Positions 30,350-32,000 of a stretch of DNA of 32,000 bases are shown here, piece by piece (position 1 is the stretch's first letter; every line of letters begins with the position of its first letter). The DNA comes from Candidatus Saccharimonadota bacterium (lineage in GTDB: Bacteria > Patescibacteriota > Patescibacteriia > 2-12-FULL-60-25). The translations under genes and the position numbers were made by a program. The notes beneath the pieces are model-generated. The model did not search any database, was not told the DNA's origin, and saw only the letters and a list, made by a program, of their open reading frames with translations. The DNA lies in NCBI GenBank assembly GCA_023898425.1, contig CP060222.1:840001-872000 (forward strand). The letters run 5' to 3'.

Positions 30350-30617
30350 TCAAGCAGCACTCTTTTGGCTCAAGACGTAAAGATCAATTTTTTCAATGAG
30401 CTGATCTCTCTTTTCGAGAGTGCTTAACTTTACGCTATACAGAGCCTTTTTTAGGTCTGTTAGCGCCTCTAAAATCTCTTTTTGCGATGGATCGTTAGAC
30501 ACTCTTTTCACAAGCGCTTCATATTCATCGTTAAGATCATATTTCTTGAGAAGATCTATGATCCCTTTATGCTACGAACATTTTTAACGCTTGTGCTGTT
30601 GAAGTCTCTTTGTTCAC
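30350..30617 (-). pseudogene. small helical hypothetical protein, disrupted (open frame 30571-30350 lacks a start; upstream start candidates at 30617 and 30581 are out of frame)
   Basis: ...KGIIDLLKKYDLNDEYEALVKRVSNDPSQKEILEALTDLKKALYSVKLSTLEKRDQLIEKIDLYVLSQKSAA stop. It lies downstream of a strong promoter. Confidence 0.25.
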
Positions 30618-30665
30618 GTTAAACCCTTGTGACAACGCGGTCCACAATTGGATGCGTACTGGGCA

Positions 30666-30693
30666 TACTATTGAAATTGTATTATTTGTCAAG
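30666..30693 (-). promoter_or_regulatory. candidate strong sigma70-type promoter for the minus-strand cassette
   Basis: Minus strand reads TTGACA (30688-93), 16 nt, TAGTAT (30666-71). Confidence 0.5.
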
Positions 30694-30787
30694 TAAGCAC
30701 ACCTCATTATTTTGCTAATATTAGCGTAATATTTGTCTTATCCACTTGACGGGACCTGTTGTTTCTGTGATAGCTTGTCCTCGTTGA

Positions 30788-30835
30788 ACGCTTTTCGTCT
30801 CTCATTGAACTCACTCAATGGGGGACGAAAGTCGT
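30788..30835 (+). promoter_or_regulatory. long hairpin in the presumed 5' leader of RNase J
   Basis: ACGCTTTTCGTCTCTCATTGA-ACTCAC-TCAATGGGGGACGAAAGTCGT forms about 20 pairs, including three G-U pairs valid only on the plus strand. Confidence 0.4.
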
Positions 30836-30914
30836 GACAACCTCGAACAAGTAAATAGAACAATAAGCTCTTTTCTTTTTTGCTGGCTGACCGATTCTGA
30901 ATATTTACCATTTT

Positions 30915-32000
30915 ATGGAACCAAACAATACATCGGGTTCAAGCGCTGCGGCGCCGTCAAACCCAACCCCACGTCCGCAAACGCCACGTGGTCCACGCCC
31001 TCCTTTTAAACCAAGGACTGGCGCAAATTATAATACCCGCGATAGCCTTAAATCAGGCTTCGCAAAAGAAGAAGGCTATAAAGGTCGCGGCACAAGCGAT
31101 AAAAACGAAGTCAAACGCGCTAACCGCCGTCGCGGACCTTTGAGCATGATTCAACCGCTACCACGCATGGGTGCGTATAAGCACAATCCTCAACGTAAAA
31201 CCGGTAGTGATACTGACGCGCTTCATGCTGAGGGTACTCGCTTAAAAGTCACCGTTGTTGGTGGTAACGAAGAGATTGGTCGTAACTGTACGCTTCTTGA
31301 GTATGGTGATGACATTATTATTATCGATCTTGGTCTTCAGTTTCCTGATGACGACATGCCTGGTGTTGATTACATCATTCCAAATCTTTCTTCGCTAAAA
31401 GGCAGAGAGAAGAATGTTCGTGGTGTTATTATCACCCATGGTCACTATGATCATATCGGTGGTGTGCCACACATTGTCCCAATGCTCGGTAACCCACCGG
31501 TTTTTGCAACCGATCTTACGTGCGGCATTATCGCAAAACGACAAGAAGATCATAAAGATAAGCCTCGCTTAAATCTTTTTTCTGTCACCTCTGATGACGT
31601 GCTTCAACTTGGAGCTTTTAAAGTCGAGTTTTTTGGTGTTGCGCACTCCGTACCATCATCCCTCGGTGTTATCGTAAATACCCCAGCTGGTATCATCGTC
31701 CACACGGGTGACTTTAAACTCGAAGAAGGTCCTGGTGCACAGTCCAAGCAAGACACAGAAAAAATTAAAGCTCTTGGTGATCGCAATGTTCTTGCGCTCA
31801 TGTGTGACTCGACCAATGCTTCTAAGCCAGGTCGTCAAATGCCCGAGATCGAGATTCAAAACAATATCGACGAGATTATTAAAAACGCGAAAGGCCGTAT
31901 TATTATCGGTACCTTTGCCTCAATGATTGCTCGTGTTCAACAGATTATTAAAGCCTGTGAACGTAGTGGCCGTAAAGTCGCTATCGAAGGCTTCTCCATG
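30915..32000 (+). CDS. rnj: ribonuclease J (metallo-beta-lactamase / beta-CASP), 5' part running off the window
   Basis: LKVTVVGGNEEIGRNCTLLEYGDDIIIIDLG, the ITHGHYDHIGG metal motif, and HTGDFKL. It is absent from the ORF track because no stop occurs in the window. It is preceded by a basic/Pro-rich extension of roughly 100 aa. Confidence 0.9.
   Translation, partial: MEPNNTSGSSAAAPSNPTPRPQTPRGPRPPFKPRTGANYNTRDSLKSGFAKEEGYKGRGTSDKNEVKRANRRRGPLSMIQPLPRMGAYKHNPQRKTGSDTDALHAEGTRLKVTVVGGNEEIGRNCTLLEYGDDIIIIDLGLQFPDDDMPGVDYIIPNLSSLKGREKNVRGVIITHGHYDHIGGVPHIVPMLGNPPVFATDLTCGIIAKRQEDHKDKPRLNLFSVTSDDVLQLGAFKVEFFGVAHSVPSSLGVIVNTPAGIIVHTGDFKLEEGPGAQSKQDTEKIKALGDRNVLALMCDSTNASKPGRQMPEIEIQNNIDEIIKNAKGRIIIGTFASMIARVQQIIKACERSGRKVAIEGFSM

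Noticed and set aside
30818-31009. A 63-aa plus-strand ORF upstream of and overlapping the RNase J start.
   Set aside because: It is out of frame with rnj and begins inside the leader hairpin. The rnj frame from ATG 30915 is open to the window end and quickly becomes recognisable.

Overview
This is a gene-dense bacterial chromosomal window at roughly 45% GC. Stop codons, including TGA, behave as in the standard code.

**Gene content, in order**
- Nt 1-1518: an uncharacterised three-gene plus-strand cluster.
- A CCA-adding enzyme, then a broken alpha/beta hydrolase.
- Nt 3916-10379: a complete F1Fo ATP synthase operon (atpZ-like, atpB, E, F, H, A, G, D, C).
- Fe/Mn superoxide dismutase, an exported hypothetical protein, CorA, and a TrmB-like regulator.
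- Nt 13687-14061: a 375-bp highly structured intergenic region.
- An ABC-F ATPase, a membrane-anchored Memo-family protein, and a 571-aa anchored hypothetical protein.
- tRNA-Ile(UAU), an RluD-like pseudouridine synthase, guanylate kinase, and an Ig-like exported protein.
- A minus-strand block read as dsbA-like, then a large exported mosaic protein, then uvrA, then rplS.
- SecG, an orphan family-5 substrate-binding protein, a small degenerate minus-strand cassette, and the 5' part of RNase J.

**Most notable observations**
1. A CPFC thioredoxin-fold (DsbA-like) gene overlaps by ATGA a roughly 675-aa exported protein. That protein combines an SGNH hydrolase domain, a pilin-like two-helix membrane hairpin and a C-terminal region with 23 Cys.
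2. At least 13 frame disruptions are each explained by loss of one base in a homopolymer. They cluster in a few genes, and the 16.5-kb core block has none.
3. The structured RNA-like region lies between trmB and the ABC-F gene.
4. There is a tRNA-Ile with a UAU anticodon.
5. Several -10 boxes sit 6-7 nt from start codons, which suggests leaderless mRNAs. Shine-Dalgarno sequences are mostly absent.

No CRISPR array, transposase, integrase or rRNA was seen. The gene repertoire and style suggest a reduced-genome Patescibacteria/CPR-like organism, but that is inference only. No database search was possible.
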